Shown here: piece by piece, positions 25,129 to 39,048 of the stretch
Layout of the letters: the number at the start of each line of letters is the position of its first letter
Numbering within the stretch: the first letter of the stretch is position 1
Assembly: GCA_038087875.1 (NCBI GenBank)
Contig: CM075984.1
Span: 44,888,001 to 44,952,000, forward strand
DNA length: 64,000 bases
From: Malacoraja senta
Taxonomy: Eukaryota
Direction of reading: 5' to 3'
The notes under the pieces: generated by a model
What the model was told of the DNA's origin: nothing
Databases searched by the model: none
Seen by the model: the letters and a program-made list of their open reading frames with translations, nothing else
Program-made: the position numbers and the translations under genes

Positions 25129-25771
25129 AAGACCCGAAACGTCACCCATCCTTTTCTCCAGAGATGCTGCCTGATCTGCTGAATTACTCCAGCACCTGGC
25201 GTCTATCTTCGGTATAAACCAGCATCTGCAGTTCCTTTCTCCAAATCACATTGCGTGCAGATGAGCATCATCTGTCTGCTCCATAAACCTCTGCCAGACA
25301 TTAGTTGTGCAAATGCTAATGCCATCGGCAATATGGTGTCCAGGTGACACACACCTAAAATGTGCATGTGCACAGTCAATACTGCTCGCTTCCCTAAATG
25401 GAATAGACAACTTTTTGAGCCTTATACATTTTAATTTGTAAGATGCATTTTGAGCCTGATTATTAATTTGCAGTATTATTGCTTGTCGATAACATTACCG
25501 GATAACATCTTGCTCCCGTTTCTATATGAGATGCAGCAGCTTGTAAATCATTTATTACAATGTATGTGCACTATATAAAAGTCAGCACCATAGGAATGTG
25601 CTTTGATCACCAGAAGTCTATGAACGTAGCAGTCATCAGACAGGCTTAACTCTGCATGTTCACTTCAACATCGTGCAGTGGTAAAGATAGAGATGCCATC
25701 AGATGGTCACCGTTATTGCTCTAAGAAATCAAAAGTTATAGAAATTTCATAAAGACGTATTTTAATGCAGA

Positions 25772-26070
25772 GCACGGCATGGTGACGCAGTGGTAGAGTT
25801 GCTTCCTTACAGCGCCAGAGACCCAGGTTCGATCCTGCCTGTGGGTGCTTGTCTGTACAGAGTTTGTACGTTTTCCTTGTGACCTGCGAGGGTTTTCTCC
25901 GGGAAATCCGGTTTCCTCCAATACGCCAAACAAGTACAGGTTAATTGGCCTGATATAATTGTAAATTATCCCTAGTGTGTATCAGATAGTGTTAGTGTGC
26001 GGGGATCGCTGGTTGGCGCGGACTTGGTGGTCCGAAGTCCTGTGTCCGCGTTATATCTCTAAACTAAACT
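25772..26070 (+). mobile_element. HE1/V-SINE
   Basis: Full-length consensus match. Confidence 0.85.
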
Positions 26071-26625
26071 ACACCTACAAATTGCTACCAGGGATTTAAT
26101 GTTCCCCTGCTGCTCTCCAACAGAATGACTTAAAACAACTTACTTGTGAAATGCTCTCACTGTAAAATCTCACGCTTTATTACATGTGAATTAAAAATTA
26201 TATTCAAGCAAAACACATTTTAACATGGCAGAAACATCATCCCGGGCATCATCAAACACAAATATCGACAGTGGGCGACAGATGGAGATATTTTGGCAGA
26301 CGAACAAATCCACTGTTGAGATTTTTTAACAGACAAAGGGATTTGGAAATGAAATTCCAGCCTTCTGTGTCTTGGGAACTGAAGACAGGCCACCAGTGGC
26401 AGAATGATTAAATTCAAGGATGATTAGGAAGTCAGACAATGAGGTGTTCAGATATCTAAAGAGCTTTAGAATACAAGGAACTTATAGAGAAAGGGGGAAG
26501 TGAGCCCATTGAAGGATTGGAAAAGAATGATGAAAATAATAATCTTAAATTAGTTTGGATCAACTAGCAAAGGTTTGATGAGTGTTAGGCCACAAGCAAA
26601 AGAGATTTTGGATGACCACAGACCT

Positions 26626-26945
26626 GTTTAGTTTAGTTTAGTTTAGAGATACAGTGCGGAAATAGGTCCTTCGGCCCACCGAGTCCATGACAACCAGTGA
26701 TTCCCCTATACAAGCACTATTCTACACACACACACGGGACAAGTTACAATCTTTACCGAAGCCAAGTAAACTACAGACCTGTACGTCTTTGGAGTGTGGG
26801 GGGAAACCAGTGCTCCCAGGGAAAACCCACACAGTCACAGGGAGATTGCACAAACTCCGTACAGACAGCACCCATGGCCAGGATCGAACCCGGGTCTCTG
26901 GCATTGTGAGGCAGCAACTCTACTGCTGCACCACTGTGCCGCCCT
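26626..26945 (-). mobile_element. HE1/V-SINE
   Basis: Full-length, (TTTAG)n tail on plus strand. Confidence 0.87.
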
Positions 26946-27585
26946 AAGACTTGTGAAGAGAAGAAAAAAGGAGGCCAGTCAATGAAAGAAAATTTAAATA
27001 ATTTGCATTGGAGAAATCACACTGGAGGAATAAGTCCATATCCTGGTGGGACACTGGGAAGAGGAGAGGAAAAAAGGGGTTGAGAGGGAGGTCGTTTGTA
27101 GGTTAATTACCGAAAATTGGAGAATTCAATGTTAATAGTTCCTCCTTATTTCCTGTGCATGAACCAGTTCTCTGTCCATGCCAGTATTTTATCTCCAATA
27201 CCATATGCTTTAATGTTGCACAGTAATCTTCTATGTGGGACCTTATGAACATCCAAATATATCACGTCCACTGGTTCTCCTCCATTTATTCTAATTGTTA
27301 TATCCTGGGAAATCTATTAAGTGTATCAACCATGATTTCCTTTTTGTAAGTCAGTCTTGCCACTATTTTCCCAGCTACCAATGACGGACTAACCAGTCTA
27401 TAATTCCCTGCTTTCCCTCTCCCTCCTATTTTTTTAAAGAAAAGCAAGCTAACATTCACTACCCTCCAATCCATAGAAATGGTACCATAGACCATAGAAT
27501 GTTGAAAGACGATCACCAATGTATCAATTATTTCTTGAACCATTTTGTTTAAATACTCAGGAGTCACAAACCCTGGTAATACATC

Positions 27586-27702
27586 GGGACAGGCAACGTC
27601 TCTGGAGAGAAGGAATGGGTGACGTTTCGGGTCGAGACCCTTCTTCAGACATTTTGTGTCTACCTTCGATTTAAACCTGCATCTGCAGTTCTTTCCTGCA
27701 CA
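27586..27702. mobile_element. Partially inverted Penelope-derived element inside an old CR1
   Basis: Intact core on minus strand at 27621-27648. TSD cctggtaataYatc at 27572-27585 and 27703-27716. Confidence 0.75.
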
Positions 27703-27944
27703 CCTGGTAATATATCTATCTTCAATGTCATCAATATCCCAAATATCATTTTCCTATTGATAGTGATTTCATCCAGCTCCTCCCTCACTCAATGCAGGGA
27801 ATGAGCTGAGAATAGATTTTGAGAACAGCAGAGGGAATAATGTAGTTGCAGAAAAAGGAGGCACTGCCGGTGATTCTCCGTCCATGAATGGACTATAAGA
27901 ATGGAGTGTGACCCCAATCATCTAGACACTGGCACAATGTAGGT

Positions 27945-28310
27945 AGAACATAGAACATAGAACAGTAGAGCACAGCAACAGCCCCCTTGGTCCACAACAT
28001 CGGTGCTAAACATGATGCCAAGACCAACTCTTATATACCTGCACATAATCCATATCCCTCCATTCCCTGCATATCCATGTGCCTATCCAAAAGTCTCTTA
28101 AATGCCATAATCGTATCTGCCTCTACCTCAATCCAACGCAGCATGTTCCAGGCACTCACCACCCTCTGTGTAAAAAACTTGCTTCGCACATCTCCTTCAA
28201 ATTTGGCTCCTCTTATCTTAAAGCTACGCCCTCTACTTTGTGGTATTTCCATCCTGGGAAAAAGGTTCTGACTATCTAGCCTTTCTCTGACTCCCATAAT
28301 CTTATATAAT
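27945..28310 (-). mobile_element. CR1 LINE 3' fragment
   Basis: FFTQRVVSAWN...FKRLLDRHM; (AGAACAT)n tail on plus strand. Confidence 0.85.
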
Positions 28311-28841
28311 GGAAGGTGCATTCAATCTTGTGAAAAGCTTTAACCAGGTCCAGAAGGACAGAATGAGATAAATTACCATTGTCACAACACCACTAGATGT
28401 TCTTAGTCGTTGAAATTAGACCTGTCACAATACCAAGGCAGCATGACTTTAAAATAGCCTAAATAACATTATTACTGTTCAACGCAATGACGCATTATAA
28501 AATCTGTTTTATGTGGAGGCATTGTTGTGCCTTTAACAACTATTTCAAAACACTGTGGATAATAAAGTAAGAATAAATGTTCAGTTTATTTATGAAAATT
28601 CAGCCTTTATTTTAGTCACGTGGCTGTTTAAAATTGTTGCTTAAACATTCATCCCAAATGACAGCATAAAATGTGCTTTAAAACATTGGTGTTGCTTTCT
28701 ACTACATGTCCAAAACCTTTGCAAGTATATTTCTGAAACAGAACAGAAATGGTTACTAGGTTATGGCCACCAATATGACTTTTTTTTTTTTAAGTGTGTG
28801 CTTTGACCTTCCTAATTTGCAGAATATTAGACTTAGTGTAT

Positions 28842-29420
28842 TTGGGCGACACAGTGGAGCAGCGGTAGAGTTGCTGCCTTACAGCGCCAGAAACCTGGAT
28901 TCGATCCTGTCTACGGGTGCTGTCTGTATGGAGTTTGCACGTTCTCCCTATGACCTAGTTCATAAGTCGTAGGAGCAGAGGAGTCATTCAGCCCATCAAG
29001 TGTACTCTGCCATTCAATCATGTCTGGTCTATCTTTTCCTCTCAACTACATTATCCTGCCTTCTCCCCAAAACCCTTGACAACTATAATGTCAATCTCTG
29101 CCATAAAAGTATCCATTGACTTGGCCTCCACAGTCACCTGTGACAACGAATTCCATAGATTCACCACCCTCTCACTAAAGAAATTCTTCCTCATCTCCTT
29201 TCTAAAGGTATGTCCTTTTATTATGAGGGTTAAACCTCATGGGTTTTCTCCGGTGCTCCGGATTCCTCACATGTTCCAAAGACATGCAGGTTTGTAAGTT
29301 AATTGGCATCTGCAAATTGTCCCTAGAGTGTATGATAGACCTAGTGTATGGAGTGATTGTTGGTCAGTGTGGACTCGGTGGGCCGAAGGGCCTGTTTCCA
29401 TGCTGCATGTCTAAACTAAT
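28842..29420 (+). mobile_element. HE1/V-SINE split by a minus-strand CR1 3' fragment (~28958-29230)
   Basis: Head ends tatgacct, CR1 tail follows, SINE resumes acctcatgggttttctccgg. Confidence 0.8.
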
Positions 29421-29562
29421 TAGAATTCTTTAATGCGATTGGCTCCTCATGCTGCCTGATGACATCACACCAATTGCCTGTCAGCATCTGGATGAATTAA
29501 CAGCTGCCATTAACAGACAGAGGATAAAGGAAAGTCCATGACACACTCATTACTAAATTATC

Positions 29563-29880
29563 GTTTAGTTTAGAAATAAAACATGGAAACAGGCCCTTCA
29601 GCCCATCGGGTCCACGCTGACCGTTGATCACCCATTCGCACTTGTTCTATGTTATCCCACTTTCTCATCCACTCCCTACACCCAGAGAAAATTAAAAGAG
29701 GCCACTTAGCCTATAAATTGACACGTCTTTGGGATGTGGAAGGAAACCGGAGCAGCCGGAGGAAACCCACGTGGTCATAGGGAGAACGTGCAAACTCCAC
29801 AGAAACAGCACCCGAGGTCAGGATCGAACGCGGGTCTCTGGCATTGTGAGGCAGCAGCTCTACCAGCTGTGCCACTGTGG
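29563..29880 (-). mobile_element. HE1/V-SINE
   Basis: Full-length reverse copy. Confidence 0.85.
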
Positions 29881-30653
29881 GGAATGTTCTGCAAGATAAA
29901 CAGTTAGCATGACTACTGTGCTACTGATTGCCATTAGCATCATTTGAACCAATTATGCAAAGGTGAATGCAACTGGCAACCAACTGCTGGATGTTGCACA
30001 GCACTGTTGACCATAAGCAAACTTTCCCCTGAATCTACTTTAAGTTTGGAGCCAACAGTTTGCATCAATCTGTGAGATGCATCTACTGCTCTTTAAGGGG
30101 CAACAATAGACCTATTATAACACATAGATATTCATTACAATAGTAGCTGTATTTCCAAATTCATTTAAATGCTAAGTGAATTGGGAGACTGGAATTATTT
30201 CACTCTAAATGGAAATTCACTATATCGATTTCGCTTTAAGTAAGTTCCACTGTATAAGCCTTCATGCAGTGACTACAAATTTCTGGAAGTTGAGACATTA
30301 AAAGATAAAATGAAGAGTATTAAATATAATCCAAAAAGGCACAAAGTGCTGGAATAACTCATTGGGTCGTGCAGCATCTCTGGAGAACATGATAGGTGAT
30401 GTGTCAGATCGGGACTCTTCTTCAGCCTGAACATGGGTCCAGGCTCAAAGCATTGCCTGTCCATGTTCTCCAAAGGTGCCGACTAACCTGCTGAGTTAGT
30501 CCAGCAATTTGTGCCTTTTTTGATAAGCAGCATCTGCAGTTTCTTGTGTCTACATTTGATTTAATCATTTGACTTCAAACCTTCACAGAAAGAAAAAATC
30601 TGAGCCATGGAAATCCTTAAAGGACAGTTATGAATTTTTTCTACATTGCAATG

Positions 30654-30940
30654 AGGGTGGCACGGTGGCATAGCGGTAGAGTTACTGCCTTACGGCAGCA
30701 GAGACCCGAGTTCGATCCTGGCTATGGGTGCTGTCTGTACAGAGTGTGTATGTTCTCCCCATGACCTGCATGGGTTTTCTCCAAGATCTTTGGTTTCCTC
30801 CCACACTCCAAAGACGCCCAAGTTTGCAGGTTAATTGGTTTGGTATAAATGTAAAATTGTTAATGTGCGGGGATCGCTGGTCGGTGCGGACTTCGTGGGG
30901 CGAAGGGCCTGTTTCCGCGCTGTATCTCGAAACGAAACTA
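30654..30940 (+). mobile_element. HE1/V-SINE
   Basis: Consensus match. Confidence 0.85.
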
Positions 30941-32747
30941 AAGACCCAAAACTGTATGTCGACTGATAATGTCAGACAAGTTTACAATTTTAAGAAAATG
31001 CTGATGCTGGAAATCTGAAATAAATACAGAATATGCCGAAAAACATTGCAGGTCGGGCAGCATCTGTGGAAAGAGGGACAATTAAGGCTTCAGGTAGAAG
31101 ACCCATGAGTTTTAATTCTGATGAACAGGTCTGTGACCTGAAATGTTGACTCAGTTTCTCTTTCCACAGCTCTCTCTGACTTGCTGAGTTTTTCCAACAT
31201 TTCCTGTGTTTATATAAGTTTACAGTTTTCTTTGCTTGGCCATGCAGCCAGCTTAAAGTAATTAAACAGATAAACTTAAAAACATCATTAATTTCCCCAT
31301 GTGCACGAAGTGTAATATTTGTTGTAATGGTTCATAAAAGCAATTATCCAAGCTAATAGCTAGGAAAATGACTGCAAAAAAATGCCTTATTTGAATTATT
31401 ATAATCAGAGTAAACTTAAATAATGCAAATCAATAAACTAAATCACAATTTTAAAATTCAGTAAATAATACGGATCAACTGTTCCAGTACCTGGATTTCA
31501 AATATCACTCTGATTATCTCGGTAGAGGGGTGGAATATTTTAATGGTAACACCACTTTGAGTGCTTTCACTATAAAAACTCGTTTGATATAGATCTATAG
31601 AAACAGGGCAATTATCAATTTAATTTGTATTTTTTTCAAAGTATCTGATACCATGTTATTTTGTCTTCAGTTGGTAACAGAACTTCTGAGGACCTGAGTT
31701 ATATGTAAATTTGGGAAATGAAATGAAATCTGTTTGGTGACCTTTTGTAACTTTAAATTTAGAATGTACATATCTGATGGTACAACAGTGCATCCAAATT
31801 ACTTACTGGCAAAGTGAAGTTTCCTAATTTCCTTATCAATGGTATTTTAAATTTCTGTTCTTTGAAACTCATATGGTCTCAATCATTAACTTTCATAATA
31901 TTTTCTTATGTGAAAAACATTACAGTGAACTGTGCCTGCACAATGCAGGAAAGGGATTTTCTGCCATTGTATCATTTTACATTTTTAATATGTCCATTAT
32001 GGCTGTTGTATAACTTAAATGTGTATCTGTTTGGAATAAGTCAAAATATGTCTATGTAAGAAAAATATGCATATATGTCAATCCTGTGTCAAAGAATTGT
32101 AAAGGGGGTTATTGCTAGCATGAAATTTACATTCATGTAGGCATTTATTCCATTTTAAAATTTGTTGGAGTTACATAAATAAAAACAAATACTACAAAAG
32201 TCAGATTAATATAATTTAAAAAAATGATTATATTATAATTTTATCCAAAATATATATTTAATTTGTGTTTTTTTTTAACCTTTTATATTAAATGTAACCA
32301 ATGTTTAATTGGTTTCTTAAACATTGTAAACATTGTAAAAACATTTTCTTTAAATAATTATCCTATTTTTTATTTTTTATTCACCATTACAGTTTTTCTA
32401 TTTAGCACACAAATTATTCACTTACTTTGTCAGTTGTTTAGAAAAGTACGTAAAACAGATATTCAGGTTTGGATAAATTAATATTTGATTATGCTGAGGT
32501 TAAATCTCATGGCCAGATTTGTGCGGCACTTTCAGAATACGTATATCAAGGACTACTACCTTAATCCCTTGTTCAAATATGGGCTGCAATGCCATTGCTC
32601 GCAATAATATGGCAATAATTTGAACATGTGAAAATGAGTTACTGTAGGGCTATTGTGATCTGCCCTGCCTTCCATTGTATCCAGAGAACAAAAATCTACC
32701 TTAATTACAATGCAAAAGAGATAATGAAAATGCCCACACAACAATGC

Positions 32748-32990
32748 TACAATGTTCCATAATGGCCAATGTTCCATGATACCCAATGTTCTCATAACGT
32801 TCTCATAATGCCTAGTGATTCACAATGTTTTCATCATTCCCAGTCATTCATAATGACCAATGTTCCATAATATCCCATGTTCTCATAATACCCAGACACT
32901 GTTCCATATGCCAAATTGTTCCATATGCCATAATATTCCAAATGCCCTAATGTTCCATATGCCAAAATGTTCCATAATATCCATATTATG
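32748..32990. repeat. Degenerate ~16-18 bp tandem repeat
   Basis: Roughly a dozen variants of AATGTTCCATAATNCC. Confidence 0.75.
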
Positions 32991-33941
32991 AAAAAGCAAC
33001 AAGACGGTGATAAGGAGAGTAGCTAGGGCAAGAATCCACATAATGGGGAGAAGTCATCTTTTGTTTGAACTGACGTGGTAACAAAAAATCACTTTTGTTT
33101 TCTGTTTATACTGTATAAAAGAGCTGAACAAAGGTATAAGAACAAATAATATTGAAATTTACTCATGATGCCCAAGTTACGTCAGGTAGATGATACTATT
33201 TTATGAAAATAGATAACAAAGTTCAGATTTGTTTCAATGCAAAGAATAGTGAAACATTACAACTCTATAGAAAGCATAAAGAATGAAAGTGCTATCCAAA
33301 TAGTACAATCCAGACATGCTTATCAAATATTTATCCACATCTGCTTTAAAAGTATCCACACTCTGTTCCCTTTGAGAAAGAAAGTTCCAAATACAACTAT
33401 CTGAGAGAAAATAAAATTCAGCATTCTTTGCTGTTTTTATATTCTGTCCATTCTCCAACCTGACACTAATCTTTTCTCTAATTATTTTAGGTTTGATACT
33501 GCATCTATCTTTAACTTCATTTAGTTTTCACAGGTGGAGTGTTCATCCCCAGGAAATTTTGTTTTTATTACAAATGTATTTATTCTGTGCATTCTGAAAT
33601 ATCTTGTTAAATTAGGTTTAGATTTAGGTTTTTTATTGTCATGTGTTCTGAGGTTCAGTGAAAAGCTTTGTTTTGCACACCAACAAAACAGATCAGATGT
33701 ACCATACAGAAATACAAATCAAGTCAAACTCAAGTACAATAGATAGAGCAAAGGGGAAGATACAGAGTGCTGTATATAGTTCTCAGTATGGTAGCACATC
33801 AGTAGCATAGGCCAGTAGCAGAGTCCAATATCCAATGGAGTAGGGGTAAATCAGACAGTACCCAACATGTCTATCACTGCATCTGGAATGGCAAATCTCT
33901 CAACCTAACATGCCATTTCATAAGTGGAGCAGCCAAAATAT

Positions 33942-34032
33942 GTCTGAAGAAGGGTCTCGACCCGAAACGTCACCCATTCCTTCTCTCCAGAGATGCTGCC
34001 TGTCCCGCTGAGTTACTCCAGCATTTTGTGTC
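33942..34032 (+). mobile_element. Penelope-derived short element with intact hammerhead-like core (33944-33971)
   Basis: GT-CTGAAGA-A-GGGT-CTCG-ACCC-GAAA-CGTC-AC; homologous to the 3' end of the PLE at 19373-19470. Confidence 0.75.
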
Positions 34033-34343
34033 CATGTCATTTCATTAGCTCTGCTTCAACACCCTCATAATTGCCTTCACTTAAGTTGTACATATTATTC
34101 TTGCACCCATTCTTCCATCCCTCAAACAGAATGAACAATTCATTCATGTATTGATCTTTTCCATTTTGGTCTGATCAGTTCATCCTGTTTCTTTGAACAA
34201 TACTGAGTAAAATATAAGGCTACAGTCCATATGCAATGAGGATTCGCCAGGAATGGAGAGCTGCAGTCGTAAGGAAAAGCTCAGATGTTCCACTGACATC
34301 CTATCAGGTTTTGCCAAATAGTTAAAGGTTTGGACACAGCAAA

Positions 34344-35003
34344 GGGTGGCACGGTGGTGCAGCAGTAAAGCTGCTGCCTCACAGAACCAGAGACCCGGGT
34401 TTGATCCTGACCTCGGGTGCTGTCTGTGCAGAGTTAGTACGTTCTCCCCGTGATCGCATGGATTTCACTGGGTGCTCCGGTTTCCTCCCACTCTCTAAAG
34501 GCATGCTGGTTTGTAGGTTAATTGGTTTCTGTAAAAATTGCCCCTGGTGAATAGGAAGCAAAAGTCGGATAACGTGGAACTAGTTTGCGGATGATCGATG
34601 GCCAGTGTAGTCTCGTTGGGCCGGAGGGCCTGATTCCACACTGTATCTCCAAATTAAACTACACTAAAGAGTGGATGCTTGATTAGGTACTGTGAGCATT
34701 GATTCAGCATACTCCACCAACCCTCCACACCACCAGGAGATGAAAGATTCCTCACAAAGGTCTAGTGAAAACCCCACGGAGCTTGTACGTTCTCCCCGTG
34801 ATCTGCATGGATTTCTCTAGGATCTCTGGTTTCCTCCCACACTCCAAAGACATACAGCTTTGTAGGTTAATTGGCTTGGTATAAATGTAAATTGTCCCTA
34901 GTGTGTGTAGGATAGTGTTAGTGTGCGGGGATAGCTGGTCGGCGAAGACCTGGTGGGCCGAAGGACCTGTTTCTATGCTGTACCTCTAATCTAATCTAAT
35001 CTC
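34344..35003 (+). mobile_element. Two HE1/V-SINEs (34344-34665 full; ~34775-35003 5'-truncated)
   Basis: Consensus matches. Confidence 0.8.
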
Positions 35004-35114
35004 TGGAGTGGGAATTAGCATTTTTTGGATGCCTGTCAGTGTCAGATGTCAATTCAAGGAGCTAACTGGTATCTAGCTCTTGTATGACATCAAGGCTGAA
35101 TTTCCAATCTTAAT

Positions 35115-35263
35115 GTGTAGGAAGGAACTGCAGATGCTGGTTTAAACCGAAGATAGACACAAAAAGCTGAAGAAGGGTCTCGACCTGATTCATCACCCAT
35201 TCCTACTCTCCAGTGATGCTGCCTGTCCTGCTGAGTTACTCCAGCTTTTTGTGTCTATCTTTG
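35115..35263. mobile_element. Partially inverted Penelope-derived element with 11-bp TSD
   Basis: CCAATCTTAAT at 35104-35114 and 35264-35274. Confidence 0.78.
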
Positions 35264-36879
35264 CCAATCTTAATAAAGACTTGGCCTGGCGGGAAACAAC
35301 GTTAAATATTTTCAGAATACTAAATAATCATTGCATTATATTACATCAGTAAAATTAGCTTTTTCTCAAAGCAAAGAACTACACAAAAGAAGGGATTCGA
35401 CCCAAAATGTCAACTATCCATGTACTCCAGAGATTCTGCCTGACCTGCTGAGTTACTCCAGCACTTTCATAACTTCATAGGTTATAGGAACAGAGTTAGG
35501 CTATCTGACCTATCAAGTCTACTCCGCCATTCAATCATGGCTGATCCATCTTTCCCTCTCTACCCCAGACAGTTTGTTGAGCAATAAATTATGATTTAGT
35601 AAGACAACAAAACCTCCCTTAGACCTCATGAAACAACATAAAGATGTCCAGTTATTTTGTTGAGCAGAATATTTATCGAATACCCTACGTATAAATGTAC
35701 ATTGATTTCTTTCTTTATTAAATTAAAGTAATTTATATTACTTTCTTACATTGTTTCCTTTATCATTGTTACTTTTTTGCATATCTTTCATTCATTTGTT
35801 CTATATCTCTCTACATCATTGACTATATCTCGTGTTTCCCTTTCCCATGACCTTCAGTCTGAAGAAGGATCTTGACCCAAAACTTCACCCATTCCTTCTC
35901 TCCAGAGATGCTGCTTGTCCCGCTGAGTTACTCCAGCTTTTTGTGTCTATCTACATATCAATTCAAATGATTTCAGCTTGATCAGCCTGATCAGCAACAA
36001 TGGGACTTCCACTCAAGTCATACCAGCCCCAAAAATGCATGGTTGCTGTCAGTTGCAGGCAGTAACACTTGAGAACGCTGTCAGTTTCCCGTTTGCTGTT
36101 ATTTCACCGTAGATTGAAGAATGAAGAGAAAAATTTGAATGCTTTCTTAAAAATTGATTATTAATGGATTATTTCAATGCATGCGACGATTAGGCAAAAA
36201 GGATAACATCATTTGGAAATAAATTGTCAGGTATTTAAAGCTGAACAACTAAAAATAGTGAAACTATTATTTTTGCGCATTTCTTAAATTTGTGAAATAG
36301 AATTGAGGCAAAGTCTTTTAAACATTTTGTCATAATGTTCTTCCATTAAACTATCTCTTTCTTCACTTTCAAAGATAACAAAGAATCAATAGATTTTTAA
36401 ATCAATGATCTATAAATCTTTAAAATTGTACTTTTAAAAATGCAGACACAATAAGAAAAAGCTGTGGCACTGAAGTCCCACATCTATGGGATTCTGTTAC
36501 ATGGTTTGCTGTATAATTTTCTGAAAGGTTTGTGTTAATTGGTACAGACATTAGCTGAGCTAAAATAAGTGGGTAGAGGTGTGTCCCAATGTTGCAAGGG
36601 GAAAAAAAATCAGATAACATATTAAGGGGTAGAAATCTGACTTTGACAACCAATGCAAAAAGTATAAGAGTATCAGTTCTGTACATTTAATTCCACTAAA
36701 TAATAGTAATTGCCAAGCTATATAACTGGGCATAAGTACATAACAGAGTAGATTTTGTGAGGCAAGAATAATCCAAAAGGGGTTCATCTTTTTAGTTTAG
36801 TTTAATTATACAGCGTGGAAACAGGCTCTTCGCCCCACCGAGTCCGTGGTGACCATCGATCACTCTATACTACACAAAA

Positions 36880-37180
36880 CACACACCTCAAGATTCAGGG
36901 ACAGTTTCTTCCCATCAGGCAACTGAACCCTCCTCCCACAATAAGAGAGCGGTCCTGAACTACTATCTACCTCATTGGAGACACTGGGACTATCTTTGAT
37001 CGGACTTTACTGGCTTTATCTTGCACTAAACGTTATTCACGTTATTCCCTTCATCTGTATCTGTACACGGTGAACGGCTCGATTGTAATCATGTATTGTC
37101 TTTCCGCTGACTGGTTAGCACACAACAAAAGCTTTTCACTGTATCTCGGTACACGTGACAATAAACTAAACTCTAAAACT
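36880..37180 (+). mobile_element. Rex1-type LINE 3' end inserted in a minus-strand SINE
   Basis: agattcagggacagtttcttccc (RFRDSFF) followed by a 3'UTR ending gtgacaataaactaaact. Confidence 0.65.
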
Positions 37181-38644
37181 AGTTCTGTGTCATCCCATTT
37201 TCTTATCCTGCACACGAAGGGCAGTTTGCAGGTCCAGGTCCCTGGAGGTGAAAGGCATCAGCACTAACTGCTGCGCCACCATGACGTGCCAATGATCAGG
37301 GAGAATTGGGAATACATTTTACAGCCTGCCTGATATTCATTTCAGTTGAAGCCAATTTTATTTTTCTTTATGTTTGTAATTATTCTTCTATAATTATAAT
37401 CAGTATTAGATAAGCAAATTAAAACAACTGACAAGAGGAAAATTAGATAATATGGAAATAGGAATGTATATTAAATAATCCATATGTTATTCAATTCTAA
37501 ATAAATGCATCTTTGTTTTCTATTATTAGTATTTCATATGTTCGTGATTTATAAGAAAAGACTGCATATCGAGAAAGGATATACATACATACATTTAAAT
37601 AACTATACTTTAGTTATTATATATAACTAGCTATACTATACAATATATAAATATAAATAACTATATTATAGTTATTAATCATCTTATGATTCACTATTGG
37701 TGGTCTCCATTTAATCATATTATGGTTAAGGCAGAGCAGCATTTCAATATGGATCTCAGAAACAAAGGCCTCTTAGCATTAAATTTGTGAAATCAAGTTC
37801 TAATTTGAAGTGAATGAAACAGTATTGCGCTGCCCGCAGAGATTCTGCGAGGAAGTATTGAATTAAATTGCTCCTGACATCGTTAAAGTATCAGCCGTTA
37901 AGTGTAATTTGAAGTGAATAAACAGTAAAATATTTCACAGCGAGATACCATGCAAAAAGCCCATGGAACTGCTGAAGTCAGTGAAGGAATACTGCATTTA
38001 ATACCAAAGCCCATCTGTGAAAACCGTGGAGCATGTTAAGTGAATCAAATTTTCTGATGGTCGATTATATTTCATTTCTCTTTTCTCTGAACCAGAAAAC
38101 TGTACTGCATTAAAAGAATACATTTTGTTCACAGATTAATAATCCATCTTTTGCCTCTGTGGTGCATCTTCCAGAGAATCAAATTGCTAGCAAAACTATA
38201 TCATATTTCATTATTTCCAGCCTAAATAAGGTCTTCCTCATACATAATATATTTTCTTGCAGCGAATTAACATTCTTGTTTCAAACTTCACTGACAGTTT
38301 TTCGTTTCAGAAATGTATTATACAGAAGCCGATGACATTCTCCTTTCTGACCCTTACACATTTGCTTTCTGTCATTTACAGAACATGCTGTCAGCGGAAT
38401 CCTGATAAATGCTCTTGAAGATGTCCCAGCAAAGCTTGGTCTTAATGCAAAACACATGCGGGTCAGTAACCCTCCATTCATCATCAAGAGGAGGGTCAAG
38501 CTACTACTGAATCATTGATGGTCAGAAGCAATTAACCCTTTCATTTACTATTTCTGACAAGTGTGTTCAGGAGTAAGTTTCTGTACGTCCTCTGGATTAA
38601 TCACCAATCTGCACCGTTTAATTTTTTATTTGCTTTTACAAGCT

Positions 38645-38980
38645 GTTTGGTTTCGTTTAGTTTAGTTTACTTTACTTTGTTTTAGAGATACAGCGTGGAA
38701 GCAGGACCTTCGGCCCACCGAGTCCGCGCCGACCAGCGATCCCCGCTTACTCACACTATCCTACACACACTAGGGACAGTTTACAATTAGACCAAGCCAA
38801 TTAACCTACAAACCTGTATGTCGTTGAAGTGTGGGAGGAAACCGAAGCACCCGGAGAAAACCCATGCAGGTCACGGGGAGAACGTACAAACTCCATACAG
38901 ACAGCATCCGTAGTCAGGATCGAACCAGGATCTCTGGCACAGAGAGGCAGCAACTTTATCCCTGCACCACCATGCTGCCC
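38645..38980 (-). mobile_element. HE1/V-SINE
   Basis: Full-length reverse copy. Confidence 0.87.
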
Positions 38981-39048
38981 TGTTAAAGTCAGGACTAACT
39001 TTGGTAGGTCAAAATAATTTTTTTAAAGTGATCTTCCCAAATTAGTTA

